Shown here: positions 9,753 to 19,545 of the stretch, piece by piece
Numbering within the stretch: position 1 is the stretch's first letter
How the letters are laid out: each line of letters opens with the position of its first letter
Assembly: GCA_964616405.1 (NCBI GenBank)
Contig: CAZTRE010000003.1
Span: 201-64,200 of the forward strand
Direction: 5' to 3'
From: an uncultured Mycoplasma sp.
Lineage (GTDB): Bacteria > Bacillota_I > Bacilli_A > RF39 > UBA660
Length of the DNA: 64,000 nt
Position numbers and translations under genes: made by a program
The notes under the pieces: generated by a model
The model's input: only the letters and a program-made list of their open reading frames with translations
The model's database searches: none
Told to the model about the DNA's origin: nothing

Positions 9753-10667
9753 TTACTTTGTAAATTTATTAGTATTTTCTAAACCTGTATCCGTTATTTC
9801 AAACATTTTATATAATTCGTTATTTCTATTCAATTTATGTTTTAATCTATTGAGAAATCTTTTTTGTTGAAATTCAATTCTCTCTTTTGGAGTCTCATAA
9901 TCAAAAGATCCCCTTGTTTGTCCATATTCCCTTGCACTACTGCTTACTCTATGACTATACTCGCTGCCAGAGGTATCTGTTGTAGGAATTTTCCCAACCA
10001 ATGCCTTATTATCATATGCTTCTTTAGGTGTAATATATAATGCAAATGAATCAAAATACTGCTTCAAATTTTCATCAGTCGCTTCAAAATAACCAAAACA
10101 AATTAAATTGTTGGCAAAGGCTTTTCCCGCATCAGTTAAGTTAAAAAAGTATCCAGGATGAGGTGTCGACATTCTAACTCCCCATCTCGGCTCTTCATTA
10201 TATCTTTCAAAGCGATTTTCTTCTACTAAACAGAATTGTCTAAAAGTGGGATCTAATATAAAATTTTTAAAATTGCTTTCTCCCTCAATAAGTGTTGGAA
10301 TAGACACTTGTGTCAATGCATGTATTTGTGTACAGCCTAAGACATCTCCTACATTAAATGTAATAAAAGGTAAGCTCAATTTCTTAAGCATTTTCGCTAA
10401 ATAACCTTGAGCTATAGCACATTGTCCACTCATAGAAACATCCATTACAGACTCAAGTGGATTAGTAATGTTTTTTCTAGCCATATAAATTAACCAATTT
10501 AAAAAATCAGGAATATATTTACTAGGAATATATCCATTTTTTTCATAAAAATTTTCAATTCCGGCAATTTCTTTAAAATCAATATCCTCGTTATAAGGTC
10601 TACCATCAAATATAAATTGTTCTTGGTTATTTTTAATCACCGATTCTTTATAAAGCATTTCAATCAC
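9753..10667 (-). CDS. hypothetical protein
   Basis: 304-aa ORF with coding-like composition. A conserved-looking SGQCAIAQGY stretch is present, but no family could be assigned. Confidence 0.45.
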   Translation of the reverse strand: MIEMLYKESVIKNNQEQFIFDGRPYNEDIDFKEIAGIENFYEKNGYIPSKYIPDFLNWLIYMARKNITNPLESVMDVSMSGQCAIAQGYLAKMLKKLSLPFITFNVGDVLGCTQIHALTQVSIPTLIEGESNFKNFILDPTFRQFCLVEENRFERYNEEPRWGVRMSTPHPGYFFNLTDAGKAFANNLICFGYFEATDENLKQYFDSFALYITPKEAYDNKALVGKIPTTDTSGSEYSHRVSSSAREYGQTRGSFDYETPKERIEFQQKRFLNRLKHKLNRNNELYKMFEITDTGLENTNKFTK

Positions 10668-10825
10668 ATCCTACTAAATATAGTATACCATAAACTTAGC
10701 AACTATAAGTTATAGGCTTAAATATTTCCAAATTTTCTAAAAAATACTCTATTAGAAACAATGACTAAAAATAAAAAATAACTAAGACTTCAAGAACATA
10801 GAAAATAACTATCAACCCAAAAATG

Positions 10826-10854
10826 TTGACAGATAAAATTTAACATGTTAAAAT
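10826..10854 (+). promoter_or_regulatory. sigma-A-type promoter: TTGACA, 17 nt, TGtTAAAAT (extended -10)
   Basis: TTGACA at 10826-10831, 17-nt spacer, extended -10 TGT TAAAAT at 10846-10854. Confidence 0.45.
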
Positions 10855-10887
10855 GGACATGAATTTAAAGAGAGAGGAGTAAGGAAA

Positions 10888-10974
10888 ATGAAAAATCAAT
10901 ATTCAAATATTTTTAATCGATTTATAGTAGTAAACGGAGTGAGTAGAGAATGTATCATTTCCCTTGCTCAATAA
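10888..10974 (+). CDS. 28-aa small ORF (MKNQYSNIFNRFIVVNGVSRECIISLAQ): candidate leader or small peptide upstream of the ABC exporter
   Basis: Strong RBS agagaggagtaagg 7 nt before the ATG. Lies between the predicted promoter and the ABC transporter gene. Confidence 0.3.
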   Translation: MKNQYSNIFNRFIVVNGVSRECIISLAQ

Positions 10975-10991
10975 CTAAGTAACGTTGTATG

Positions 10992-11016
10992 CCTACTATA
11001 AGTAGGTTTAATTTTT
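10992..11016 (+). promoter_or_regulatory. hairpin cctact-ata-agtagg followed by a T-rich run (candidate attenuator or terminator)
   Basis: Perfect 6-bp inverted repeat 10992-11006, followed by tttaattttt, placed between the small ORF and the ABC transporter RBS. Confidence 0.3.
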
Positions 11017-11026
11017 AGGAGGTAAT

Positions 11027-12757
11027 ATGAAAAGTTTAAAAGAATTTAAACCTCTGTGGAAATTAATTAAAGAAGAAAAAGTAAAGTTAATTATTGCGAG
11101 TATTTTAATACTTATTGCTGGTATAGCCGAAATTGCAACTGGCTATTTAAATGGTTCAGCTGTTGAAGCTATAACTAATATGGCTCTAAAAAGAGCTTTT
11201 ATATATTTGCTTATCTATTTGATAGTAGAATTAGTAATTGGCGCTTATATATCAAATATATCTAGCTCAATGCTTCAAAAAATAGAAAGTAAGTTAACTA
11301 GAAAACTGGGATATTATACTTATAGTAAAGCTCTAAATCTGCCATCATATGCCTATGAAGAAAAAACATCAGGAGAAATAACAAACAGAATTATAAATGA
11401 TGCAGATTCTTTAAGTTTTACATTTGGACAATTACTTGATGCCATGGCATCACTTATTGGCTCAGTAGTAGTAATGATATATATTTTCATAAATTCATGG
11501 ATTATTTCCATAGAAATCATTTTATTTGTAATAATACTGGCACTAATTATAAAAAAATATAATCCAATCTTAAAGAAAGCTCACAAAGATCGCAAAGAAG
11601 AACAAGATAAATTTACTTCTTTAGTTACTGAATCCATAAGAGGAATAAGAGAAATCAAAACATTAGGAATAAAAAGAAGTTTATTAACAGATATGGGTGA
11701 AATAATTAAAATGATCTTCAAGAAATCTGAAAATGAAATAGACATTCGTAAGCATTTTAATTTATTAACCCAAGTATTAAAGGGATTTTTAGAAGTTGGT
11801 GTTTTTATTACTTGTGTAATCTTGCTTTATTATAAGCAAATTTCATTAACATTTTTTATTGCCATGACTTACTATGTTTATAGATACATGTGGTTAATTG
11901 AAAATTTCAACAATCTAACTCAAACATATCAAAAACTGGTAGTCTCATTAGGCAGAGTAAATGAAATATTAGAAAATAGATTATATGAAGATGAGAAATT
12001 TGGTTCAATCAATTACAAATCTATAAATGGTGTAATTGAATTCAAAGATTTAACCTTTGGTTATCCGAATGAAAAAATTACATTAAAGAATTTTAATCTA
12101 AAAATAGAACCACACAAAAAGATTGCTATAGTTGGGAAATCTGGTCAAGGCAAATCTACATTATTTAATCTAATAACTAGAATATTTGATCCCCTTGAAG
12201 GAGAAATCTTACTTGATGGTATAGATATTAAAGATTTAAGTGAAGATTCTCTACGTCAAAATATTTCAATAATTAGACAAGAACCATTTATTTTCAATAG
12301 AACAATTAAAGAGAATTTCAAGTTACTAAATTCAAAAATCCCACTAGCGACCATAAGAAAATATACAAAATTGGCCTATCTTGATGACTATATTATGTCA
12401 CTTCCAAAGAAATATGATACCCTTATAGGAGAAAGTGGTGTTAACCTATCAGGCGGCCAAAAACAGCGTTTATCAATTGCGAGAACTTTAGCTAAAGAAA
12501 GTAAAGTTGTTTTATTTGACGAGGCAACTTCAGCTTTAGATAACGATTCCCAAAATTACATAAAACAAGCAATTGATAATCTTGTAGAAGACCACACCGT
12601 TGTAATAGTAGCTCATAGACTTTCAACTATAGTAGATGCTGACATAATCCATATTGTTGATGAAGGACAAATTATCGCATCAGGTACGCATGAAGAATTA
12701 TTAAAAACAAACCAAATATACAAAAATCTTTACGAAACTGAATCTTTAAATTCATAA
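11027..12757 (+). CDS. fused ABC transporter permease/ATP-binding protein (exporter type, MsbA/LmrA-like; no C39 peptidase domain)
   Basis: 576 aa. N-terminal 6-TM domain, then Walker A GKSGQGKST, signature LSGGQKQRLSIAR, Walker B VVLFDEATSALD. Confidence 0.85.
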   Translation: MKSLKEFKPLWKLIKEEKVKLIIASILILIAGIAEIATGYLNGSAVEAITNMALKRAFIYLLIYLIVELVIGAYISNISSSMLQKIESKLTRKLGYYTYSKALNLPSYAYEEKTSGEITNRIINDADSLSFTFGQLLDAMASLIGSVVVMIYIFINSWIISIEIILFVIILALIIKKYNPILKKAHKDRKEEQDKFTSLVTESIRGIREIKTLGIKRSLLTDMGEIIKMIFKKSENEIDIRKHFNLLTQVLKGFLEVGVFITCVILLYYKQISLTFFIAMTYYVYRYMWLIENFNNLTQTYQKLVVSLGRVNEILENRLYEDEKFGSINYKSINGVIEFKDLTFGYPNEKITLKNFNLKIEPHKKIAIVGKSGQGKSTLFNLITRIFDPLEGEILLDGIDIKDLSEDSLRQNISIIRQEPFIFNRTIKENFKLLNSKIPLATIRKYTKLAYLDDYIMSLPKKYDTLIGESGVNLSGGQKQRLSIARTLAKESKVVLFDEATSALDNDSQNYIKQAIDNLVEDHTVVIVAHRLSTIVDADIIHIVDEGQIIASGTHEELLKTNQIYKNLYETESLNS

Positions 12758-12772
12758 GTAGTTTTACTACAA

Positions 12773-12798
12773 AAGGAACATAATTAGTTCCTTTTTTG
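12773..12798 (+). terminator. intrinsic terminator
   Basis: Stem aaggaac / gttcctt with a 7-nt loop, followed by a T-run. Confidence 0.6.
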
Positions 12799-12860
12799 TT
12801 GCAATTTTAAAATATTTAATATATACTTAAATAGTAATCATTACTATTAAGGAGAAGGTT

Positions 12861-13238
12861 ATGCGTAATACTAAACAGAAACAATTAGTATATGAAATTG
12901 TAAATTCTAGTTATAATCATTTAACTGCAAATGAAATATATGATCAGGCTAGACAAACAATAGCTAATATTAGTTTGGGAACTGTTTATAGAATTTTAAA
13001 TGACTTAGCAGATAATCGTAAGATTCTAAGAATTACTACAAAGTCTGGTATTGATCATTTTGATCGTCTTGATGAAGAAAATCATCAACATTTTATATGT
13101 AATGACTGTGGTAAAATAGTGGATGTTTTTCATACTGATTTTTCTTATCGGGATGAAGAATTAAAAGATTATCAAATAGACAACGTAAAAATAACTTTTA
13201 CCGGATTATGCGATGATTGTTTGAAAGGAAGGAAATAA
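12861..13238 (+). CDS. Fur-family transcriptional regulator (PerR-like)
   Basis: 125 aa. Fur fold with HFICNDCG...CDDC metal-site motifs. Sits immediately upstream of rubrerythrin. Confidence 0.7.
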   Translation: MRNTKQKQLVYEIVNSSYNHLTANEIYDQARQTIANISLGTVYRILNDLADNRKILRITTKSGIDHFDRLDEENHQHFICNDCGKIVDVFHTDFSYRDEELKDYQIDNVKITFTGLCDDCLKGRK

Positions 13239-13241
13239 AAT

Positions 13242-13781
13242 ATGGAATTAAAAGGATCAAAAACTGAACAAAACTTAATGGCAGCTTTTGCTGGAGAATC
13301 ACAAGCAAGAAATAAATATACTTATTTCGCAAGTAAAGCTAAGAAAGATGGTTATGAACAAATCGCTGCTATCTTTGAAGAAACTGCAAACAACGAAAAA
13401 GAGCATGCTAAAATGTGGTTTAAAGAGCTTAATGACGGAGAAATACCATCAACAGAAAAAAATCTATTAGCTGCAGCTGAAGGTGAAAACTACGAATGGA
13501 CAGATATGTATGATGAATTCGCTAAAGTTGCTGATGAAGAAGGATTCAAAGCTATCGCTGCTAAATTCAGAGCAGTTGCTGCCATTGAAAAAGAACATGA
13601 AGAAAGATATAGAAAATTACTTAAAAATATTGAAGACAAGGTTGTATTCAGTAAAGATGAAGATGCAATCTGGATTTGTAGAAACTGTGGTCATGTAGTA
13701 GTAGGAAAACAAGCTCCACAAGTTTGTCCAGTATGTGCTCATCCACAAAGCTATTTTGAATTAAGAAGCCAAAATTATTAA
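13242..13781 (+). CDS. rbr: rubrerythrin
   Basis: 179 aa. Diiron ferritin-like N-domain (E..EH repeats) plus a C-terminal rubredoxin-like CRNCG...CPVC. Confidence 0.85.
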   Translation: MELKGSKTEQNLMAAFAGESQARNKYTYFASKAKKDGYEQIAAIFEETANNEKEHAKMWFKELNDGEIPSTEKNLLAAAEGENYEWTDMYDEFAKVADEEGFKAIAAKFRAVAAIEKEHEERYRKLLKNIEDKVVFSKDEDAIWICRNCGHVVVGKQAPQVCPVCAHPQSYFELRSQNY

Positions 13782-13794
13782 TTAAAAAAATATT

Positions 13795-13819
13795 AAAGAG
13801 AAGCAATTCTCTTTTTTTA
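13795..13819 (+). terminator. intrinsic terminator
   Basis: aaagagaa-gcaa-ttctcttt hairpin followed by a T-run. Confidence 0.55.
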
Positions 13820-13936
13820 TGCCAAAACTAGTCAATATCGCGCAATTTCTTTGATTTTTAATGGATCCAAGTTATTAAATGTTTACATTTCATACATTTT
13901 ATGGTAAAATAGCACTCAATAAAGAGGGGGATTATT

Positions 13937-14701
13937 ATGGAAAGGATAAACTTAAATCAGCATTTATTCCATGGATTAGTGCCTTGGAAAAGCTATTTCT
14001 ATCATGAAAAGTACATAGACTCAGCAGAAGTGTTACAAAAAATTTTAAATACCGGTTTAATCGCTTCTAACAAAATTTTAAAAGATATTTTATCTGATGA
14101 AGAATATACATTATTAAATATGAAAAGAGTAATGACTTGGAATAAAGATGACTATGTGTCAATTGTCCCAACCATTCATCCTGAGATTGAAGGAATTCAT
14201 TCGGCTTTAGAAGATTTTACTTATCTTCAAGAAGATTCTAAAGGACTAGCATATAACTTTTATGTGAAAGGATATCCATCGATTGTATTGGATTCTAAAT
14301 TATTGAAAGAATTGGAAGTTAATGAAGATCAAGGACCATGTATGATTGATGAAATTCAAATTAAAGATAGAATTCCTAGTAATTATTTTGTTGGAGTGAC
14401 TCTTCCAGACGTGCCAGACTTTGATTCGTTTTTTGAATATATGAACTTAGTAAATTCAACAGGTAATGGACAGTCACAAGTTAAATATAAGCCATGGTAT
14501 GATGAGGCAAGCGAAGACTTATTTAGCTTAACAGAAGAAGAATTTGTCTGTAAATACTATAAGCCAGTTATGTCATTTGAAGATGTATTAAGAAAAACAC
14601 ATTCAAATTTAAAATTATATAATGTTGATACCGGAATTCAAATTCCATCATCGTTAGATAAAATGAGAGAAGTAGAAAAGGTTAAGAAAAAATTAAGATA
14701 A
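13937..14701 (+). CDS. hypothetical protein
   Basis: 254 aa with RBS agaggggg. No recognisable motifs. Confidence 0.5.
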   Translation: MERINLNQHLFHGLVPWKSYFYHEKYIDSAEVLQKILNTGLIASNKILKDILSDEEYTLLNMKRVMTWNKDDYVSIVPTIHPEIEGIHSALEDFTYLQEDSKGLAYNFYVKGYPSIVLDSKLLKELEVNEDQGPCMIDEIQIKDRIPSNYFVGVTLPDVPDFDSFFEYMNLVNSTGNGQSQVKYKPWYDEASEDLFSLTEEEFVCKYYKPVMSFEDVLRKTHSNLKLYNVDTGIQIPSSLDKMREVEKVKKKLR

Positions 14702-14820
14702 TTTAATTTGATTTTTTATAATTATCTATTTCCTATTATGACGAAAATTTGAATGTATACATCACACTACTTACACAGGAGATGTATTTCAATACTATGC
14801 AAATTCACAATGCTTTAACT

Positions 14821-14850
14821 AAAAAAGGAGATATCGCGTATCTCCTTTTA
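14821..14850. terminator. bidirectional intrinsic terminator
   Basis: A-tract, then ggagata-tcgcg-tatctcc, then T-tract, between convergent genes. Confidence 0.65.
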
Positions 14851-14864
14851 TATATAGTATTTAC

Positions 14865-15242
14865 TTATTCAACGCTCTTTTTCCATAATCCATGCTTGTT
14901 ACAATAAGAATAAATAATACTTCCCTTAGTATATGGAACTACAAGTTCTAAATCATCCCCAGCATTAAAGAATTTTTCAATATTTCCTGTTTCAGTTTTG
15001 ACTAAAATCCATTCAATATAATGGTCTTCATCCATAACATGATTTACTGTGATATGCATTTCATCCCCAATTACTTTATAATTTGGTATATGTTTTTCAA
15101 AAGCTGCATCAACAGAATTGGCTTTTACTTCCATCATCTGTTCTCCGCAACAAGTAATACCACAATCTTTGCACGCACAATCAACAATAACTTTTACCAA
15201 ACTTCCACATTTTAAACACTTTTTAAGTTTTAACTCGGTCAT
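14865..15242 (-). CDS. dfx: desulfoferrodoxin (superoxide reductase)
   Basis: 125 aa. N-terminal desulforedoxin-like CxxC...CC centre and a C-terminal neelaredoxin domain (EKHIP...H...C..H). Confidence 0.8.
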   Translation of the reverse strand: MTELKLKKCLKCGSLVKVIVDCACKDCGITCCGEQMMEVKANSVDAAFEKHIPNYKVIGDEMHITVNHVMDEDHYIEWILVKTETGNIEKFFNAGDDLELVVPYTKGSIIYSYCNKHGLWKKSVE

Positions 15243-15598
15243 TATAATTCCTCCTTTAATTTAATCCACTCATTTTCTCTAAAACCAATAAGTATAAAGT
15301 CATTACCTACCAGTAAGGGTCTCTTAATAAGCATACCATCACTAGCAAGTAAATCAAACTGTTCTTCCACAGTCATTGTGGAAAGTTTATCTTTTAAATT
15401 TAATTCTTTATACTTCATCCCACTTGTATTAAATAATTTTTTAATTGGTATATTAAATTGTTTTTTCCACGCTTTAAGTTCTTTTGCAGTAGGTGTTTCA
15501 TTCACAATATTTCTATCAATAAAATCAATATTTTTGCTTTCTAAAAAAGCCTTTGCCTTCTTACAAGTAGAACATTTTGGATATTCAATAAACTGCAT
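15242..15598 (-). CDS. ArsC/Spx-family (YffB-like) thioredoxin-fold protein
   Basis: 118 aa with an N-terminal YPKCSTCKKA CxxC motif. Confidence 0.6.
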   Translation of the reverse strand: MQFIEYPKCSTCKKAKAFLESKNIDFIDRNIVNETPTAKELKAWKKQFNIPIKKLFNTSGMKYKELNLKDKLSTMTVEEQFDLLASDGMLIKRPLLVGNDFILIGFRENEWIKLKEEL

Positions 15599-15888
15599 TA
15601 TATCATCTCCTTAATAATGAATTTTTCTATAACATTATAATAACATAATTGTGTATTACCTCGCAAATAAATAAAGTATGTAAATAACGTCACAAAACAT
15701 TTTTTCTTTATAATAAATAGTTTGTTTTCTTATAAAGTAAGTGTTAGAATAAAAATGTAATATTTAGAAAGTTTATTAATTAATATGAATGAAAATGTAA
15801 GAGAAGTTTTAGGAAATTTAGGAGTAGCTAGTGTACCGGCATTTAAGAATGCAGTAGTTCCGCAAAAGCAATAGAATAGGAGATTTAA

Positions 15889-17850
15889 ATGAACGAAAGT
15901 GTTTTCAATTTAGTATCAAAATATACTCCATCAGGAGATCAACCCACAGCAATCGCAGCGCTAGTCCAGGGGATAAAAGATGGTAAAAAAGAGCAAGTAT
16001 TACTTGGTGCCACAGGAACAGGTAAAACTTTTACTATTGCCAATGTAATTAAAGAAGTAGGCAAAAAGACTTTAGTTTTAGCCCACAACAAGACTTTAGC
16101 AGGACAATTATACTCAGAACTTAAGGAGCTTTTCCCAAATAACCGGGTGGAATACTTTGTATCATATTATGACTATTATCAGCCAGAGGCCTATGTTCCA
16201 TCAACAGATACTTATATTGAAAAAGACTCATCAATCAATGATGAAATTGATGAATTGCGTCATGCCGCAACAAGTGCTCTATTATCAAGAGATGATGTCA
16301 TTGTTGTAGCCAGTGTTTCTTGTATTTATGGTATTGGAGAAGTCGAAGAATACAAGAATAAAATGTTGACCCTTTCAGTAGGAGACACAGTAAAACGTAA
16401 TCAGGTTTTAGCAAAATTAGTAGAAATGTTGTATGAAAGAAACGACCTAGATTTTAAAAGAGGAACTTTTAGAGTCCGTGGGGATGTTTTAGAAATTATC
16501 CCTGCATACCAAAAAACAACAGGTTATAGAATTGAATTTTTTGACGATGAAATAGATAGAATTAGCGAAATTGATACCTTAACCGGCGTAATACTTGAAA
16601 ATAAAAAAAATATTAGTCTTTTCCCCGCTAGCCATTTCGTTGTAAGTGATGAAAAATTAAAAGAAGCAATTGTCAGAATTAAAGAGGAACTAAAAGACCG
16701 GTTAGAAGAATTGAAATCCGATAATAAGCTTTTAGCTGCCGAACGACTAGAACAAAGAACTAATTATGACTTAGAAATGTTAGAAGAGACAGGCTTTTGT
16801 TCTGGAATAGAAAACTATTCTGCACCTATGGCCGGTAGAAAACCAGGTGAAACTCCTGTAACATTAATGGACTTCTTTGGTGATGATTATTTATTAGTAG
16901 TTGATGAATCTCACGTCACCCTTCCACAAGTTAGAGGAATGTATAATGGAGATAGGGCGAGAAAAATGAACCTTGTTGAGTATGGTTTCCGTCTTCCAAG
17001 CGCCTTAGATAATAGACCATTAAAATTTGATGAATTTACTAAAAAAATTCATCAAGCTATCTATGTATCCGCAACACCAGGAGAATATGAATTAGAAAGA
17101 ACCAATAATGTCTTTGCGGAACAAATTATTCGGCCGACTGGACTTCTTGATCCGACAATCGAAGTTAGAAAAACCGAAGGTCAAATTGATGATTTAGTTG
17201 GTGAAATAAAGGACCGTATAGAAAAAGACGAAAGAGTCTTGGTAACAACACTAACAATTAGAATGGCCGAAGAGTTATCAAACTATTTAAAAGAATTAGA
17301 TATTAAAGTTGCATACTTACATTCTGAAGTAAAAACACTTGAACGTATGCAAATAATTCACGATTTACGTATTGGAAAATATGACGTTGTAGTAGGAATC
17401 AATTTATTACGTGAGGGAATTGATATCCCAGAAGTATCATTAATTGCCATACTAGATGCAGATAAGGAAGGCTTCTTAAGGAGTAATCGCAGTCTTATCC
17501 AAACAATTGGTCGTTGTGCTAGAAATGCCAATGGGCATGTAATTATGTATGGTGATAAGATGACTGATTCAATGAAACAAGCCATTGATGAAACAGCTCG
17601 TCGACGTGCTATTCAAGAAAAATATAATGCAGATCATGGAATTATTCCAAAGACAATATCTAAAGAAATTAGAGAAGTTATTAGTAATGTTGCCACTGAT
17701 GATACTAAGAAAACTAAGAAACCAACTAAGAAAGAACTTGCTAAGACTATGGAAATTTTAGAACAAGAAATGCGTGAAGCTGCTAAAAACTTAGATTTCG
17801 AACGTGCAATGGAACTAAGAGATATATTATTTGAAATGAAATCACAATAG
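15889..17850 (+). CDS. uvrB: excinuclease ABC subunit B
   Basis: 653 aa. GATGTGKT Walker A, helicase motifs, and a C-terminal UVR domain ([22 protein letters not shown]). Confidence 0.95.
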   Translation: MNESVFNLVSKYTPSGDQPTAIAALVQGIKDGKKEQVLLGATGTGKTFTIANVIKEVGKKTLVLAHNKTLAGQLYSELKELFPNNRVEYFVSYYDYYQPEAYVPSTDTYIEKDSSINDEIDELRHAATSALLSRDDVIVVASVSCIYGIGEVEEYKNKMLTLSVGDTVKRNQVLAKLVEMLYERNDLDFKRGTFRVRGDVLEIIPAYQKTTGYRIEFFDDEIDRISEIDTLTGVILENKKNISLFPASHFVVSDEKLKEAIVRIKEELKDRLEELKSDNKLLAAERLEQRTNYDLEMLEETGFCSGIENYSAPMAGRKPGETPVTLMDFFGDDYLLVVDESHVTLPQVRGMYNGDRARKMNLVEYGFRLPSALDNRPLKFDEFTKKIHQAIYVSATPGEYELERTNNVFAEQIIRPTGLLDPTIEVRKTEGQIDDLVGEIKDRIEKDERVLVTTLTIRMAEELSNYLKELDIKVAYLHSEVKTLERMQIIHDLRIGKYDVVVGINLLREGIDIPEVSLIAILDADKEGFLRSNRSLIQTIGRCARNANGHVIMYGDKMTDSMKQAIDETARRRAIQEKYNADHGIIPKTISKEIREVISNVATDDTKKTKKPTKKELAKTMEILEQEMREAAKNLDFERAMELRDILFEMKSQ

Positions 17851-17858
17851 GAGGAAGT

Positions 17859-18581
17859 ATGAAATTAAATGTATTTGTTTCATCTCAAAAAGATGGAATT
17901 ATGTCTAAAGATAAAAAGTTCTTTCCTAATCTGTCTAAAGAAGAAAGAGAACTTTTATATAAAACTACATTAAGTCGTTTCTTTGCTAAAAGAGATATTA
18001 ATTATGATAATGTTATCATTTTATCCGATAAAAACAAAGAAATAAAGTCACGTGTAGTAACATCAACAACTAAAAAAGTAAAAGAAGCGATTCTTCTATT
18101 AAAAGATACTACTAAAAATTTATGTATTGCTGCCGAAACTAATGATTATCCAATTATCATTGCTTCTGCTAAAAACCAAAAGAATCATTCAGTCGTAGCT
18201 GTAGCACAAGGAACACCTGAAAATTTAAACAATGATCTTCTTCATGAAATAATAGAAAGTTTGATTAAAGAAACAAATGCTGCGCCATTTGAAATGACCT
18301 TCTATATTGGGGCTTGCCCCGACAAAGAAAAATTCATTATTGACAAAACTATTATTACAAATGATTATATTTGGAAAGACGCAGTAACAAAAAAGAAAAA
18401 GAATTATTATTTGGATATTAGATATGCTATTTTTAATACCTTAGTTAAAGAAATAGTTGATCCTAATAATATTTATTTTGATAGTACTGATACAACAACA
18501 GATGATAAATATTTTTCTGCTTTTGCCAAAAAAGAAGGTAAAAATTTAGTTTGCGTGGTATATATTGATGAAGAAATTTAA
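17859..18581 (+). CDS. hypothetical protein, translationally coupled to the downstream radical SAM gene
   Basis: 240 aa. Begins 9 nt after the uvrB stop. The downstream rSAM start overlaps its stop by 17 nt. Confidence 0.5.
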   Translation: MKLNVFVSSQKDGIMSKDKKFFPNLSKEERELLYKTTLSRFFAKRDINYDNVIILSDKNKEIKSRVVTSTTKKVKEAILLLKDTTKNLCIAAETNDYPIIIASAKNQKNHSVVAVAQGTPENLNNDLLHEIIESLIKETNAAPFEMTFYIGACPDKEKFIIDKTIITNDYIWKDAVTKKKKNYYLDIRYAIFNTLVKEIVDPNNIYFDSTDTTTDDKYFSAFAKKEGKNLVCVVYIDEEI

Positions 18582-19401
18582 AAAAATCTATGTTGAAATT
18601 TCTAATCGCTGTAATTTATCATGTAGCTTTTGTAGTCAAGTTTTAAAACCAAGTCGTACAATGGCGGTGGATGAATTCACACATATTATAGAAGAAATAA
18701 AACCATACACAGATAACATATATTTGCATGTAAAAGGTGAACCACTCTTACATTCAAATATTATACAGTTTTTAGAAATAGCCGAAAATTATGATATGAA
18801 GGTAAATATTACCACTAATGGAATTCTTTTTCCCGTCAAAGTAGATAGCCTTTCTAAATGTAAGTCCCTAAGAAAAATCAACTTTTCTCTTCATTGTGAA
18901 AATGAAATCCCCAACTATGTTGAAAATATCTTAAACGCCGTAGATAAATTACCACAAAATATAACTGTAATTTATCGGTTATGGACTCTTCATAATGGCA
19001 TACTTGATAAAAAGTCACAGGAAATTGCGGAAAAATTAGCTAAACATTATAATTTATCCTCAGAAGTTGTTGATAAAATTAAAAATGAGAAGAATATAAA
19101 AATTTCTTCCACAATATATGTGGATAAAGATAATGAATTTGAATGGCCAGAAATCTCTGCATATCAAAGTTGTGGTTATTGCTATGCCCTAAAAACACAT
19201 TTAGCTATTCTTTGTGACGGAACAGTAGTTCCATGTTGTCTTGATAGTAATGGATGCATTGAATTAGGCAACATTTATAAACAATCCCTTGATGACATAT
19301 TGAAAAGCGAAAGGTATCTCAATTTGAAGAAATCTTTTCAGAATAGAAAACCTTCAGAATTACTTTGTAAGTCCTGCAAGTTTAAAGAACGCCTAAAATA
19401 A
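18565..19401 (+). CDS. radical SAM protein with C-terminal Cys-rich SPASM/twitch-like domain
   Basis: CNLSCSFC (CxxxCxxC) at residues 16-23, a GEPLL glycine-rich motif, and a C-terminal cluster CGYC...C...CC...C...CKSC. 278 aa. Confidence 0.7.
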   Translation: MMKKFKKIYVEISNRCNLSCSFCSQVLKPSRTMAVDEFTHIIEEIKPYTDNIYLHVKGEPLLHSNIIQFLEIAENYDMKVNITTNGILFPVKVDSLSKCKSLRKINFSLHCENEIPNYVENILNAVDKLPQNITVIYRLWTLHNGILDKKSQEIAEKLAKHYNLSSEVVDKIKNEKNIKISSTIYVDKDNEFEWPEISAYQSCGYCYALKTHLAILCDGTVVPCCLDSNGCIELGNIYKQSLDDILKSERYLNLKKSFQNRKPSELLCKSCKFKERLK

Positions 19402-19496
19402 AAAAAGACTACCTAGAAAAATATTATATAGTCTACTAATACAAAACTTTGATATATTTTATATCATGGTTTTTTTAATATACAAAACAACAAAAA

Positions 19497-19528
19497 GATA
19501 ACTAAATAGTAAAAAATTATGGTATAAT
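19497..19528 (+). promoter_or_regulatory. extended -10 promoter (TGgTATAAT) upstream of uvrA
   Basis: TGGTATAAT at 19520-19528. The -35 is weak. Confidence 0.35.
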
Positions 19529-19545
19529 ATGGCCTAGGTGATATT

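Noticed and set aside
13288-13698. Two plus-strand alternative-frame ORFs (60 and 71 aa) inside rubrerythrin
   Set aside because: Out-of-frame overlaps of a well-supported gene with Lys-rich nonsense translations.
15785-15874. 29-aa ORF (MNENVREVLGNLGVASVPAFKNAVVPQKQ) just upstream of uvrB
   Set aside because: No Shine-Dalgarno sequence in an organism where almost every real gene here has a strong one. Probably an untranslated uvrB leader.
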